Notes: generated by a model from the letters alone, not told the origin. A DNA stretch of 64,000 nt from Octopus sinensis (GCF_006345805.1 NC_043006.1:100936001-101000000); one strand, 5' to 3'; shown: positions 1 through 14,417, numbered from the stretch's first letter. Numbers and translations: made by a program.

Positions 1-630
1 TCTAGGGTCACTATGAAACCAATTATATTATGGATATTTTTTTAATTACGTGAGTTTCTGTTACTCCAGTGGGATGGACACCGTTTTGTGAAGAACGCCT
101 AGCTTCTTAATTGCTTTTAATCAGAGTTCATTGTCTTTTGAAGGAAAGGGGGTACATTCTTTCTTTAATTACATTCACCGACAATTTCCTCTCTTTTACT
201 CCGGGTTCCACCTCCTTTACGTTGCCGCACATTGACGTGGAGGGCCTACTGCTAATAGCTTCTGTACGACTCTGCACTGATGGTAGTGACACCGCGGCCC
301 TCGTGTTCTAACTAGTCGATCTCAGGTATTGATGGGGCGCGTTTGTTTATCTCCATTCCGCTCTGGCTATACCCCAGGCACCTTCTCTTGTCTACCGCTC
401 TCACTATTTTCACTTTTTCTCTTGTTCTGAGCGGAAGGCCCCTATGTGGTCTTTACTGAAACGCCTGTAACAACTGGGCCCCCTGTTCTACAACCACCCA
501 TTTGAGTTATCTCTTCTCCGATCCCACAAAGGACTATGAGTCCCAGATGTTTCTGTTATCCCTAGGATTCATCGCTACAAGTGGGTCAGTGCATTTTGGT
601 GGAAGCCACCCTCTGCACACATCACCTGTC

Positions 631-758
631 CGAACTGTTTGTAAAAATAACGACAAACCTTTTCCCTTGTCTCTGTCTCGGATTCCCCTCTTTCTTTACT
701 CAAAGTTGTATAACACTAACCTGTAGACAAGTACCTGGTCCATCAATTCTGCTGGTTT
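631..758 (-). repeat. ~120-bp segment duplicated at 2977-3094 (probable 5' untranslated end of a mariner family)
   Basis: taacgacaaaccttttcccttgtctctgtctcggattcccctctttctttactcaaagttgtataacactaacctgtagacaagtac is identical at both places; the second copy lies directly upstream of the mariner N-terminal relic. Confidence 0.7.
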
Positions 759-2051
759 CCTCACCTAATTTTTGGTACTAAAACCAAGGACAGATCTCCG
801 TATGACCTACCTACTTGGGTGAGCCCATTTCTTTCCAGGCCTCACCCAGAACTCCCTACTCTCCTTTGCAGTGGTTATGAATCACAGTCACCCCTTGTTA
901 TTCACAACGCAGAATTATATCAATTTCATCTTTGCTGTTCTTTGGCTAATTTCTTCTAGAAAGTAAACATCACTTTCGTTCAGATACTCCGTCTATTTTG
1001 TTCTTTTCAAGAACCTGTTCCGTCGACGGACCAGCTATTAGCTACAACGGTCGCAAAAGTTAGTGCATTACTGCTTTCTACGGGATGGGGTCTCAATTAT
1101 TTTCTGTTTAAGTTAGTATTTTCAACACTATATTTTTTTGCGCTTTTGATGAGCTAGGAATTCAAATGTCTGTACTTACAAGTTTATTTGTTTCTGATGT
1201 TTTAAAGAGGCTTGGCTTAATTATTAGAGTGCTGGGCTCACAATCATTAAGTTATGGTTTCGATTCTTGACACGTCATGTCCTTCAGCAAACTATATCAT
1301 TTCACGTTGCTCCGATCTATTCGGCGACAAATAAGAATTGATCGACTATTGGTGCAGCCGTTTTTTACCTTTGACTGTTAAACTCTCGATGTTCCAGTGG
1401 GTCAAGGGATAGGAGGGCTATATATGTACCTAAAGCAAGGAAGGAAAGCGAGATACCAACTACAAGGTCATAGTCACATGTAAATGACGGCTAAGCTTCT
1501 GATTTTAACGTTTTTCCTGTTTTAAAAACTTGGGATAGCAAGCATTACAATATATTCTCGTTGTTGTCACCTTAATGATGCACACCTCTTCCAAATACCA
1601 TAAACGTGCTCATTTCGAAATTCGAATGAAGTTACAAATAACTGTCATGCAGAAATATACAAATTCAAAAAAAAAAAATGTCATAACAAACCATTTTCCA
1701 TTTCAGTGAAGGTTAAATATTGCGGATATCTTTCTTCCCTGTGATCCTCAGGGAAATTTGAACACAAATCATTTTCTATCAATTAAATGCAATTTTCTGA
1801 AACTTCTGCCAAGTGTGCTCTTTCAAATGCAGCCGCTGACAGAAAACAGCAACAGCAACATTAATGATTTATATCGTTCACTATCGACTGCAATGGCTCA
1901 CACATTCAATAAAGAACGTATCATATAAAGGCGGTTATAAAATGTGTGGAAAATGTACGTATATACGAAATAAACGGGGTAATGGGTTGGTAAAATTTTA
2001 ATACAATATATTAAATAAAATGAACTACAAAAATCAGATATAAACACAAGG

Positions 2052-3094
2052 TACGTTCCAGAAGTTTTCAAACATTTTCAAGTGAGACGTTAATTTCAAA
2101 GAACAAAACTCTAATCTTCAAAGTATGGTCTCTTCTGACTTCAATGCAGTTGCAGCACTTTAAGCACTTTGTGAGGGCCTCGTTGAAGCCCCGCCAAGTG
2201 AAGGCATCCAAGGTCTTTGTCACATCTTCTCAACGACTGTCCTTGTGTTTTCCTTCAAATTAGTTACAACTAAACGTCACAGGGAACAATGTCTGGATTG
2301 TAGAGAGTGTGAAGGTCAGTTTTGAAATCCATCTATGTCTGTCATGTACTTGGTTAACAGGATGGAATTGTTGACTGATGCATTGCAAAAATTTGCGCAT
2401 GCTCAGATCTTCATGGACAACTCTAGTACAGTTGCCACAGCAACTCCGAACTCTATGCTTATTGCTTTTATAGACACACGACGGTCTTGATCCAGAAAAT
2501 TGAAAACTTTCTCAACCAGCTCTGATATTCTGACGTCCATCTTCCTCCCACACCTCACATCATTCTTATTTCTTTATTGCCCACAAGGGGCTAAAAACAG
2601 AGGGGGCAAACAAGTTCAGACAAACGGATTAAGTCGATTACTTCGACCCCAGTGAGTAACCGGTACTTAATTCATCGACCCCGAAAGAATGAAAGGCAAA
2701 GTCGACCTCGGCGGAATTTGAACTCAGAACGTAACGGCAGACGAAATACTACTAAGTATTTCGCCCGGCGTGCTAATGTTTCTGCCAGCTCGCCGCCTTT
2801 CATCTTTCTGTCATCTCATCTTTCTGTCGTCCTTGAATCGCTTGTGCCAGCAAAAAATTTAATCCATAAGTAGTCTGGAGCATTTGATAAGTTTCTGTAA
2901 CGTTTTGGCCCAGCTTAACACAAAGCTGTATCGCATAACGAGCTTGCAAACGTCCCGACTGCAAGCTTCCAACTAGCGAACTGTAACGACAAACCTTTTC
3001 CCTTGTCTCTGTCTCGGATTCCCCTCTTTCTTTACTCAAAGTTGTATAACACTAACCTGTAGACAAGTACTTGGTCCACCAGTTCTGCTGGTTT
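2052..3094 (-). mobile_element. Decayed mariner (DD34D-type) transposon, interrupted by a SINE
   Basis: Minus-strand peptides RYAIQLCVKLGQNVTETYQMLQTTYG (N-terminal HTH), DQDRRVSIKAI...HEDLSMRK and LYNPDIVPCD (cf. PYSPDLAPCD); frameshifts and stops. Confidence 0.8.
2567..2797 (-). mobile_element. tRNA-derived SINE family B
   Basis: Head ggcggcgagctggcagaaac... with B-box gagttcaaattcc; more than 15 copies in window; inserted in the mariner relic. Confidence 0.9.
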
Positions 3095-3344
3095 ACAGTT
3101 GTTACAGCTGCCTCCTTCAATCAGGAATAACAAAAGTTGACAGGTCAGCTAATTAGATGTACAGTAATGATGTAATATACAAACATTTATAATTACAACA
3201 ATCTAGAACATAATCGCTTCTAAAAAAGAATCTCAAAACTTCTGGAATGTTCCTCGTAAGAGCGTTCATCTATATAAGGTGGCTGTTCACAGCTAGCAAA
3301 AAAGAATAATAATAATCTTATCCACTGTAGGTAAAAGACTTGAA

Positions 3345-3746
3345 ATTTTGGAGAAGTGGGTAAGTGAATTATGCCAAGCCCAGTGCTCGATTTGTACTGG
3401 TTTCGTCGATTCTGAAAAGATGAAAGGCAAAGTTGAATACGGTGGAATTTGAACTCAGAACGTAAATGCACGCTAAGCATTTTGTCCGGCATGCTAACAA
3501 TTCTGTCAGCTTGACTTATTAGTTATAATAATAATGGTTTCAAATTTTGGCACAAGGCCAGCAGTTTCGGGGGAGGGGCTAAGTCGATTACATCGACCCT
3601 AGTGTTTTTATCTGGTACTTATTTCATCGACCCCGAAAGGATGAAAGGCAAATTCAATCTCGGCGGAATTTGAACTCAGAACGTAAAGACGGACGAAATG
3701 CCGCAAAGCATATTGTCCGTTCTGCTAATGATTTTGTCAGCTCGCC
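3345..3746 (-). mobile_element. Two adjacent SINE family B copies (alternative-tail subtype)
   Basis: Shared core gaaaggatgaaaggcaaagt..cggcggaatttgaactcagaacgta; tail aaattttggcacaaggccagc. Confidence 0.8.
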
Positions 3747-4287
3747 ATCTGGGTACAACTCACATTCTAAGGAGAGTATCATCTCTTTAAGTTACAGGAG
3801 AAGGCACTACTTGAAATCTTTGGTGATTTGTTATTGCCTGTTTTCAAGTAAAGAATAACCGGTAATTAAGAAATAAACCGAGAGTCTTTCAGAATAATAA
3901 CAACAATAATAATAATAATGATATTCTTTTCTACTCTAGGCACAAGGCCTGAAATTTTGGGGGGTGGGGGGGCCAGTCTAGTAGATCGATCCCAGTACGC
4001 AACTAGTACTTAATTTACCGACCTCGAAAGGATGAAAGGCAAGGTCGAGTATTCACCTTACCACATATCGGATAGATCTAAATTTTCTTTTGATGGCCGA
4101 TGGAAACCCTCCCTGTTTTTCAAGAAACAGGGAGACATAATCTTTCTCGTTACTCTTTCAAGGAAAACTTCGTCGAGCAAGAAAGTTCTTTCTTCCTTTG
4201 TGATACAATTCATTCACTTCATTTTACCTTTGAATTTAATCAAATTATGTCAATCCCATCTTTGTGCACCTGAAGTAAATACTTATT

Positions 4288-4698
4288 CCTTTATTACCCA
4301 CAAGGGGATAAACATAGAGGGGACAAACAAGGACAGACAAAGGGATTAAGTCGATTACATCAACCCCAGTGCGTAACTGGTACTTACTTAATCGATCTCG
4401 GAAGGATGAAAGGCAAAGTCAACCTCGGCGGAATTTGAGCTCAGAACATAACGGCAGACGAAATACCTATTTCTTTACTACTCACAAGGGCTAAACACAG
4501 AGAGGACAAACAAGGACAGACAAACGGATTAAGTCGATTATATCGACCCCAGTGCGTATTTGGTACTTTTTTAATCGACCCCGAAAGGATTAAAGGCAAA
4601 GTCGACCTCGGCGGAACTTGAGCTCAGAACGTAGCTGCAGACGAAATACCGCTAAGTATTTCGCCCGGCGTGCTAACGTCTCTGCCAGCTCGCCGCCC
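4288..4698 (-). mobile_element. SINE family B, full unit plus partial tandem unit
   Basis: Two cores; junction gacgaaatac|ctatttctt near 4466. Confidence 0.9.
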
Positions 4699-5950
4699 TT
4701 CAAATGAAGTGAATACTGATGGAATGCTGCTGTTTTTAGAGAAGATTGGGAGTCCATTTTAATTATTTTTACTTCCAACAGTAGAATTTTTGTATCCCCT
4801 GTTGTACACTTTCACGTTTCTACGTTTTCTGTATGTTTGATGAACGATTTTGGAGCATGCTTCTTTTCAGTAATCCTACCATCTTTGTTACAAGCTCTAC
4901 TACTTGCCACTTCTGAAGCAGACATTTTACAACGTGTTAATTTTTGTAAATGTCAAGAATATGTGACAGGGTCTTTGAATGCCTAAAAGCAAATTGTTCC
5001 TCTACTCCATGAAATGGAGTAGACATTGGGCGGCTCCGATTTCTTTTGGTCACAACCTGTTTGTATTGTCATAAAGATCACGACGAGCATCTGAATGAAT
5101 GTTCCTGCCCGGGACCCTTGTATTACAATGTCCTATATATTAATTTCCAGACCGAGCACAAAACGTCCATTTTCCTTTCCCACGTTGTTATAAACTCCAT
5201 CATCAAATATATCGACTGAAGATTTCTTTAGTTGCTACTTTGGAGACACACCAAAAGTCTCTTGCTTTTCGGGAGGTAGAGGTATGTCATTTTCCTTCTT
5301 GCTTTTCGATTAAAAATTTTCCCCACGGAAGCAATATTTTATATGATATACCTTTCTCATAATCTTTGTTTTTCAGACAACTGTCCCATGTGCAGTTTTT
5401 TTTGTTCTTGTTGTTTTTGCCTTAAGACATTGGGAAAGCTATTATATTTATTGTCTACGTCGTGATTTTTTTTTTGTTATCACCAGCATCTGTGTTTGTC
5501 ATACAATTGTGTTCGGTTATGTTTTTTTATTTCTTTCTGAACTGTCGATGTCTGTGTTTGTGCTTGTAACTACATCTGTTTGCTTAATTATTTCTTTGTT
5601 TCTGTATAATTTCTTTTTACTGTTTATACATTATATTTTATGTCAGCAAATATTTCTTCAAAAATCTTAAACCGTTCATTTGTGTTACCTTCTTCCTCTC
5701 GATTATCTCTCTCCATTATATCAGTAGACGAAGCCCTATTCAAAACACGTGAACACAGCCGAAATACAAAATCTAAAATATTAAAAATTCTAACCACAAA
5801 CACGTTTTTGTCTACTCCAAAGTCTTCTATAGTTAAAATTAACCGAACGAAGCAGTTGTTAAGGAGGAGAATGAATCGATTACATCGACCCCCCATTAGT
5901 TGCCGGCTTATTTTATCGCAATCAGAAGAATGAAAAGCAAAGTCAACCAG

Positions 5951-8337
5951 CCCTCACCTAACCAAAATCAAGAATATTTTCAAAAACTTCAGAAATACCC
6001 ATGAATCATTGTCCACGCTGATAAGACAGGCAATTTACACAATGTTCCCTTAGATAAATACCAAGAGATAATACTCAAACAACTACACAAAGACTACAAA
6101 ACTATACTTGATTCAACTATAGAAGAAATCAACCACAAAAATAGAGATCTTGTCTTTAAACTTGGACAAGAGAATAGGACCGAAAGTTCTACACCTCGCC
6201 TATCCCATATCATCTCGAAGGATAAAAAAAAAGCATCCCGGCGAAACCTTCTGTTCACCTCATCTGTCCTTCCAGCTCCGATATAAGTAAGGTTATCAAA
6301 ATTATACTCGATTGAATAATACCCCAACTTTACACCACATCCTCGCTAAAACTCTGGACCAAAACCACAGAAGCTATCCAGTGGTTCAACTCTCTTTAAA
6401 TTTATACAAGCACTCCTTTAAATTTATACAAGTCAAAATTGATCAAAACTGCCCCCCAACATTTTTGCTTTTCTTTTTGATAAGGCTCTAATTTCCGCCA
6501 AAGAACATTCCAATCTATCTCGTGATGACATTGATATTATGTTAGCAGCCAGCCGAAATATCATATCTTTCTATGGGAAATCCTGGACCCGCAAATATAC
6601 AGCCAATTTTTCGACGTCCCTATGGGAGCCAGTGACTCCGCCCAAGAAACTGACTAGTCAGACTCTTCCTACTTAACGGTCTCCATGAACAATTCCCCAA
6701 CATCGCCGGTGGTCTATACAGAGAAGACGCTCTACTCCCTATCCAAAACTCTATTAACCGGACAATTGAACAAACTAAAAAAATATTACGAAGCTTCTCT
6801 AAAAACGTCAGCCTCTGCATCTCTTTCTGTAACAACGTCAAAACCGCTAATTTCTTAGACGTTACCCTGGACTTACAAAACCAAACCTTCTACCCATACC
6901 ACAAACTTGGGGAAAACCTCCACTACGTGACCTTCTCCGTCAGTCACCACCCCCACCTCTGTCCTAAAGTCTATTGTAGAAAGCGTGTCCTACCGGATCA
7001 CCTCATTATCTGCTAATCAAGATTTATTAGATCAATACGCTGAATACTACAACTGAGCCCTACAACGTGCCGGATATAACCACTCAATTGAATACACAGC
7101 CATGTCGAACATTCCTCTCTCAACTAAACCCAGAGCAAAAACCAGTTTCAAACACCCATATTACAAATGTAAATTCCCCATCCCAACCCCCCGATGCCCA
7201 TCCAAATATTGCAGAAGCAAACGACCAAGCAAGTAACCCTCCGCCTGATAACCCCTAATCCTATATACACCACAACCCACCAAAACAGACACCAACATAC
7301 ACATACAAAACCCCATCTCCACACAGGAACCCCCTAATCGGATTAATCTAACTAGAACCCGAGACGTCACCCACCCCCTTTGCCCGTAACGTCCAGACTC
7401 GTGTATCCGAACTCTTCTTCCCCCTACTCGAAAAACATTTCCCTAAATCTAGCCCTCTTAGAAAAATATTTAACCCCCAATTTATAAAGTTGTTCTACTC
7501 CACCGCCACCAACAATGCCGGAGTTATCCGAAATCTTAACAACAAGAAACTCCGAAATCCACCAACGGCTAACCCCCACCCTAGTAAATTAACTCACCAT
7601 ACCCCACCCAACTCCATACATATAAACCGAATGCACGGTCTCCCTTAACAAAACTAACCCTCATAAATACAACTATAATGTCAATGCTAAAACCCAACCC
7701 TTAAACATACCACAACGCACAAATATACCTCCTGACATAATAGCAAACATCCCAGAAGATAGCACTGGACACAGTATTTATCATGCCATACAACCCAACA
7801 AGACCACCGTCAATTCTTATCAAATGTTAACCTTAGCACCAACTATGATAACGAACTGAACACCAATTCCTCACTAAATAACAATCCCCTCACAACCTCA
7901 TATAGAACACCCACTACAAACTTATGCAGCTGCAGACGCCCAACCTCCTGTTTATTAGATAACCGCTGTGCCACTAAAAAAATAATTTATACGTGCACAG
8001 TATCAACTAACAAATGTAACTATATTTACATCGGCTCATGTAGCACCGCCTTCAAAGCTAGGGTGAAGAATCACTACTCTATGTTCAAATCCCCAACAAA
8101 TCTAATAGTGCATCGTTATCTCAACCTATCAGTAAACTAACGCTTCGTTAAACCCCCTACACTCCCAAATGGTCCATAGTCACCCTCATCAAACCTTACA
8201 GCAGATATAACAAGTGTGATCTCTGCATAGCCGAGGTCATGGCTATTTTGCAATCTACAGATTGTCTCAATAAACGCAGGAGTATAATATTCACCTGCAA
8301 ACATCGGGCACTAAATTTGTTCTCAAAATACAAATGA
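5951..8337 (+). mobile_element. Decayed Penelope-like element (RT plus C-terminal GIY-YIG; Naiad-like, clade tentative)
   Basis: Frame-shifted peptides IIVHADKTGNLH, MGASDSAQ, GGLYREDAL (catalytic YRDD decayed to YRED at 6717-6728), NFLDVTLDL, LEKHFPKSSPLRKIFN, CSCRRPTSCLLDNRC..IIY..YIG, KCDLCIAE..LNKR..CKHR. Confidence 0.88.
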
Positions 8338-8483
8338 TTACTATCCCACCCCGCTCTTGTCTTCCCTTAACTCGCATATATATATATTCGAAAAAATGAG
8401 GTACTCAGAAATCTGGATGGTCTTATATTTACAGATATTTATTATTAATGACTGAAGCAATTAAAGGAATGAAAGAATATATG

Positions 8484-8515
<32 letters not shown>

Positions 8516-8517
8516 TG

Positions 8518-8564
<47 letters not shown>

Positions 8565-8565
8565 G

Positions 8566-8599
<34 letters not shown>

Positions 8600-8625
8600 G
8601 GTATGCATGCATGTATGCATGCATG
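8484..8625. repeat. Compound microsatellite (TATG)n/(TA)n/(TG)n
   Basis: Direct reading. Confidence 0.95.
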
Positions 8626-9688
8626 TATATGCTTTATTTGTTATCAAGGTAACCATTGGTTTCATGTAGAGATAACTTTAAACAATTATTCCAGGGATGA
8701 CACAAGGGAAACTACAATTAGGACTTTAATATAACTTGTCTCACATGGTCTGCATATTTATATATTTATCTCGAAATCCCGTACAATCTCGAGTCTTATC
8801 CGGGGTTCTCATCTTGGTAAATTTGATAATTGCCGAGAAATGTTCTGTTGGCATGAAACTAATGGTAGCCTTGTTAACCAACAAATTAAAGTATTTATCC
8901 AACAATGCACTGTTGTGCACTGGTTCTCACTGTTCAACATTAGCATAATATGCGCACTCGTATGTGTGCATATGTGTGTGTGTGTGTGTGTGTGCGTGTG
9001 TGTGTGTGTGTGTATTAAACACTTTCTCCGAGGGGTAAATTTAACTAACATTCCCCCTTCATTTTGTTGAGAATCACTACCTCCGGGAAATTTCATATGA
9101 ATTGTATTGATATCTTACATTGGGAAAAGAGTCATCTGCCTTTTAGCAGTTGCAGATTCTCTAAGTGTATAACCTTGTTTCTGAAGCTAATAGCCATTAA
9201 TTTATTAATTTCATTCTATCACTAACATCATCAACCGCCACCGTCGTCACCCTCATCACCATTAGCTGATGCTGGCATCTTTGTAGTTATCCGTATTGCA
9301 ACTAACATCAATCCCTTCAACCCTCAAACAAACGCATGCTCTTCCATTAAGCTGGTATTGGACAAACTCTCACGTTAGCATATTCCTCATGCAGTTTCTC
9401 CAAAGTTATGATTCTTATATGTAAACTCCTAACATTCTAACATCTTATCTAACTTGTCTTATCCCAAATCTTTCGCCACCCTGCAGCTCCCCTATCACGT
9501 GTCTTCCTGTATCACATAGCAGTATCTTTTCTATCGGACTCCATGTTCATGCCAATTCGCTTGACGCTCTGTTTCCTGCTTTCTCTGTCTCTAATATATC
9601 TTTCTATCTTTATCACTCTTCCACTTACCCTCTTACAAATATGTTCTCTTTCTCCCTCTCCCTCTCGCCCATTCTCTTTTTCTTTCTT

Positions 9689-9689
<1 letters not shown>

Positions 9690-9778
<89 letters not shown>
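9690..9778. repeat. (CT)n microsatellite
   Basis: Direct reading. Confidence 0.97.
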
Positions 9779-9779
<1 letters not shown>

Positions 9780-10666
9780 GTTTCGTTTCTGCAATGGCCG
9801 CCGACATTTCTAGTAACTAATCAAAATAGCAGATAAATTATGAAACTGCATCAAAACATTATCTGTATTATGAGTTCAAAAGAAAGTTCAAAAGTTGTGA
9901 GGTCTCTTTGTGAGTAACAATATGAACAGTTTATGGAAATACAGAATTAGATATTTGAGTGTCTCAAAAACAAAAGATGTTTTCAAATATTTATTAACGG
10001 TTTTTGACCTTCCTGATTCTTCTCACCATTGCTTGTGGAACATTATCGTTGATGAAAACTTCCTTCAAATGCAGTTGTTTAAAACGAAGTGATCTACAGT
10101 TGTGACCTCATCAACAATTGCCTGGCTACTTCATCATTACTGCAATGCATTAATTAATACGACACATACAACTGTTGTTAAATACTTCAGTAAGTCTTGC
10201 AAAGTTTCGAAGTTTTCAGAAGTAGATTCTGCATTGATCTGGGAGAAGATTAAATCGGCATATCAAGAAACGGTTTGTTCTTCCTCATGAACAAAATGAA
10301 TTAAAGATTCAACTGTTGTAAGATGGATCAACAGATATAGTAGTAGTGGATAGATATAATTAATTTAGTTGTGGGGGGGGGAGGATTTCGCATTTGGAGT
10401 ATATCTAGATCAAATCATTCTGGAAGATTCCATCTTGATTTTTATGTGCACTCTCAGTGAATTTCAGTTCGGCATTGAAGGCTAACAAAGGATTTGTCAA
10501 TTATACTATATTTTTCTTGCTTACATTATCGTATAATCGTATTTACAAATGCCCCAGCATTTTGCTATAAATAGCTGTCAAATCTCCCTTAAATAACTTC
10601 CTATTTTCTTAAATAAGGAAAAGTCATATCTGAGAATGTAGTCCGCCTGTACGCTACCAAAAAATA

Positions 10667-11070
10667 GGCGCAGGAGTGGCTGTGTGGTAAGTAGCTTGCT
10701 TACCAACCACATGGTTGCAGGTTCAGTCCAACTGCGTGGCACCTTGGGCAAGTGTCTTCTACTATAGCCTCGGGCCGACCAAAGCCTTGTGAGTGGATTT
10801 GGTAGACGGAAACTGAAAGAAGCCTGTCGTATATATGTATATATATATGTATGTGTGTGTGGGTGTATGTTTGTGTTTGTCCCCCTAGCATTGCTTGACA
10901 ACCGATGCTGGTGTGTTTATGTCCCCGTCACTTAGCGATTCGGCAAAAAGAGACCGATAGAATAAGTACTGGGCTTACAAAGAATAAGTCCCGGGATCGA
11001 GTTGCTCGATTAAAGGCGGTGCTCCAGCATGGCCGCAGTCAAATGACTGAAACAAGTAAAAGAGTAAAAA
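10667..11070 (+). mobile_element. tRNA-derived SINE family A (bipartite, internal (TA)n(TG)n, tail (AAAGAGT)n)
   Basis: Head ggcgcaggagtggctgtgtggtaag with A-box-like tggctgtgtgg and B-box-like ggttcagtcc; about 17 copies in window. Confidence 0.92.
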
Positions 11071-12069
11071 GAAAAAGAGGATGGTCCCAGAAAAAATACC
11101 TTTGATCTAAGTCTGCTGAATCAGACTGAGACGGCGTTAAGCAACAGCAACCTATCTACAGGTATGTGACCTGAGCTAGTAGGGGTTAAGTGGTGGGAGT
11201 TCCAAGAAAACAGCATAATTCTAGTGACTGTCTCTTTAGCTGGCAATCACTAGAGAGAACGAGACAGACAGAAAGAAACAGAGAGAGGGGGAAGTGATGC
11301 ACATTTGTCAGTGGGATACTGCAAAGTATTGATGAATGACTGCCTACCGACAAGTCAAGGGACCTTTCTTTGGAAGCAATCTATGATGTCTGTTGATTGC
11401 AACCGCAATTATATCATAGGTGGGAGAACAATACTACATTGTGGGTTTCGCTTGAAGTCCACCTTCTGAAATTTCCCACAGCACATCTTTTTGACGGTTT
11501 TTTCCAAAATCTGTCGACTTTCAACAGTTTAGCTAGACTTCAAAAGCATCAATCTCACGGGTCTGGGAAACTTTACGAAGAACATAAGCCCAGACCCTTC
11601 CTGGAAACCAAAACTATAAATGATTTAAAACACTTGATATAGAGACTGTTATCTTTAGTCAGACCAGCTGGAGCAAGCAGAGTTACGACTCTACTAAAAG
11701 CCTTTATGGCTGTATAATTAAGATAGAGATGTTCTCAGAAAAAAAAATTTTAACTACATTAAATTAATACAAAAAAGAATGAAAAGTGAGTAGTTAAAAA
11801 CAAATAAATTAAATTAAACTAGCGTGAATAAGTGAATAAACAGGGGATATGATAATGCAGGTACCATACACATTCCCACTTACTAAACATAGACACACAC
11901 ACAGGGATATACGCATGCGCAAATAAATATACATACAATAGGAATACAAAATGGCAGATCGTAAGGAAAGAGAGATACAAAAAAGAAAGAAGAAATCAAA
12001 GAACCACTGAAGAGGTCACAGAAGTGTGACGAAAGATTTATCCTTCTTTGCTGAGATAGTTTCAATGAG

Positions 12070-12600
12070 TCAGTGAAGACTTAGAATAGGATCAAGGGCT
12101 GTGCTGCCTTTATGAAAGCTGTTTTGGATTGATCTGAGTCGTGCTTCGATAGAGTTTCGGATACAATTGAGCACGATAACGTTGAAGATATTGGCTGAGC
12201 ATGATATCAGGCTAATGTCAAGATACACGCCGTATTCTGATAGACCGCCCTTTTTCGGAACGGGAATAATGCAGTTCATCTTGAACTCCAATGGAGCTTG
12301 ACAAGTGATGTAAGTAGAATAAAGAATAGGAAGAAATAAAATTAACTCGGAATTCCGAAAACGTTCTCGAGACACACCATCTACACTACACGATTTGCCG
12401 TTCTTGAGTTGTTCAGCAGTAGTTAGTATTTCATCTAAAGGAATTTCAGCAGTTGGCAGTTGAAGTATTGATGAGCAGCAGTGAGACCAATATCACAGCA
12501 AAATTATCCGTGAGAATTGTGTAACTGTTGAGCTGCTTTTCAAAGTGGGATTTCCAGTCAGCTGGGCTATCTTGAAAGTTACACACCTTTATTTTTGATG
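12070..12600 (-). mobile_element. RTE-clade LINE reverse transcriptase fragment
   Basis: CIIPVPKKGGLSEYGVYLDISLISCSANIFNVIVLNCIRNSIEARLRSIQNSFHKGSTALDPILSL resembles IIP.PKKGDL..NYRGISL..AK.YN..LNRI...LR..QNGFR..RST..QI. Confidence 0.75.
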
Positions 12601-13044
12601 CCACGAAATCTCCAATGAAAAACAAGCATACACAACACACACACGCCCTCACCGTTTGTTTTTACTGCTTTGTTCTCAATGTCCTGTTTTTGTCACCACT
12701 TTTACCCTCCGCAAAAAATCCCGAATTTTATTTAATTTGCTTTGTCGGGAAGGACTGTTTCAACGAAGTCGCGTCTTGTCCTTACCTTCGAAACATGGAG
12801 TAGATAAAACAGGGAGCAACTGATGAAGGGAATGTTCTTTATGTTGCATGTCTCGTTCCTCTGTTTGCTTATTGTTTCTTTTCGTTGTTCGAAAAAATGT
12901 TCTCGTTTCACATTCTGTCCACGCTTCTATTTATGTCCTGTACCCATATATGCATGTATATATACATATATATGTAGGTATGTACATATGTGTATGTATA
13001 TATGCATATATTTATATATTATTTATATTATAAGACAGACAGAC

Positions 13045-13051
13045 AGACAGG

Positions 13052-13121
<70 letters not shown>
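13045..13121. repeat. (GACA)n/(GATA)n microsatellite
   Basis: Direct reading. Confidence 0.95.
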
Positions 13122-13839
13122 CGACGGGCTTCTGCTCAGCATCCGTCAAAATGTTGGGTCATTTGTAAACAAAACTATATGTTGATAAGGTGCATTTTAT
13201 TGACGTAAGCAAGAGAAATACCCGTACAATCAACAATTCATTGGTCTCACTGAGGTTATAGTAGAAGTGTGCACTCTCAAACTGAGGCCGAAACTACGTA
13301 CTTACAAAGCAATCTTCCTAACCACATAGCCAAAGTGACTGTGAGCGGCAGGCCACAACATTTTTCTCCAGCGAGATAAAACTCGCTGAAAGAAGTAATT
13401 TGATAAAACCCTATCATATGATTTCGAAATTTAACCAATAAGATTTCGTTTCCCGTCGGGAGAATCCACAAATTACTCTGGGTTGTGGATACTCGAGTTA
13501 TATTTTTTAGGTCTTATTTCTAGCAACGTAGGTGTTCTAACATCCTAGTTATATTTAGTGACAAATATAGTTTTCCTTTTTTGGTAAAACATTGCATAAT
13601 GATGTCTATATTAAATTATTGTATACACATTAGCGATTCGCTAAATCATCCATAGATTTCTATGATGAATACATATGTACTTACAGAAAAGCAAGCCTGG
13701 AAAAACTGAGTCCAACGGTCCCTACTAATGAGGCTATAGAATTAGCCGAAACTGACCAATCAGTATAAGGAATTCTCGATCGGTAATTTCGGTTGATTAC
13801 AGTCTCTGTCAGTAAATAAACACACAATTATATATGCAT

Positions 13840-13902
<63 letters not shown>

Positions 13903-13903
<1 letters not shown>

Positions 13904-14416
13904 CTAGCAGTATCGCCCGGCGTTGCTCGGGTTTGTAAGGGAAATAACTATATAAGCAATTTTAGAGAGTTACTTCCCTTATAGATGCCAATTCGGGCTT
14001 TCTTCGCCATTTCTGTTTTGGTGTCTTCAAGCCATGAAGTCGTTGTTCTAAAAGAACGCTGGTCTCCTTGACAACGCTTTACGACGTTGATTTCTTTACA
14101 CTCCCTTCCCCACAGCTTCACGAGTGAGGGAAGAAGGGGGAGAAGCAAACAGGTGCAGGTGTGACCATGGACGCCAACTCCGCCGCCATCGACACACGAA
14201 AAATTATGCATTAAAATGGAATAAAAATTATGTTAACTTATTTTTAAAATCGTAGACTCATCGTAGGCGCGCGCTAATAGCCAGACGGGCTCGATATTAA
14301 TCACGACTATAAGATACCCGAATTTGGTTAAACTGCACCGCAAAATGTGGGAGTAGTTAGGAATCTAAATCGTAGGAGACAGACACTCACACAACTACAG
14401 TTTTATATATATAGAT
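13903..14416 (+). mobile_element. Non-autonomous Helitron/Helentron-like element
   Basis: Starts actagcagtatcgcccggcgttgctcgggt (terminal hairpin), ends ttttatatatatagat; sits at the edge of a (TA)n tract; no TSD seen. Confidence 0.6.
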
Positions 14417-14417
14417 A

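Noticed and set aside
1837-1872. TGACAG plus TGATTTAT (Meis/Pbx-Hox-like pair)
   Set aside because: Short motifs are expected by chance in AT-rich DNA; no conservation data.
4800-5900. Possible decayed L1/Tx1 ORF1 on the minus strand
   Set aside because: Only a dubious zinc-knuckle trace across frameshifts; not supportable.
11090-11166. Strong donor CAG|GTATGT
   Set aside because: No polypyrimidine acceptor upstream; preceding sequence looks like a SINE tail.
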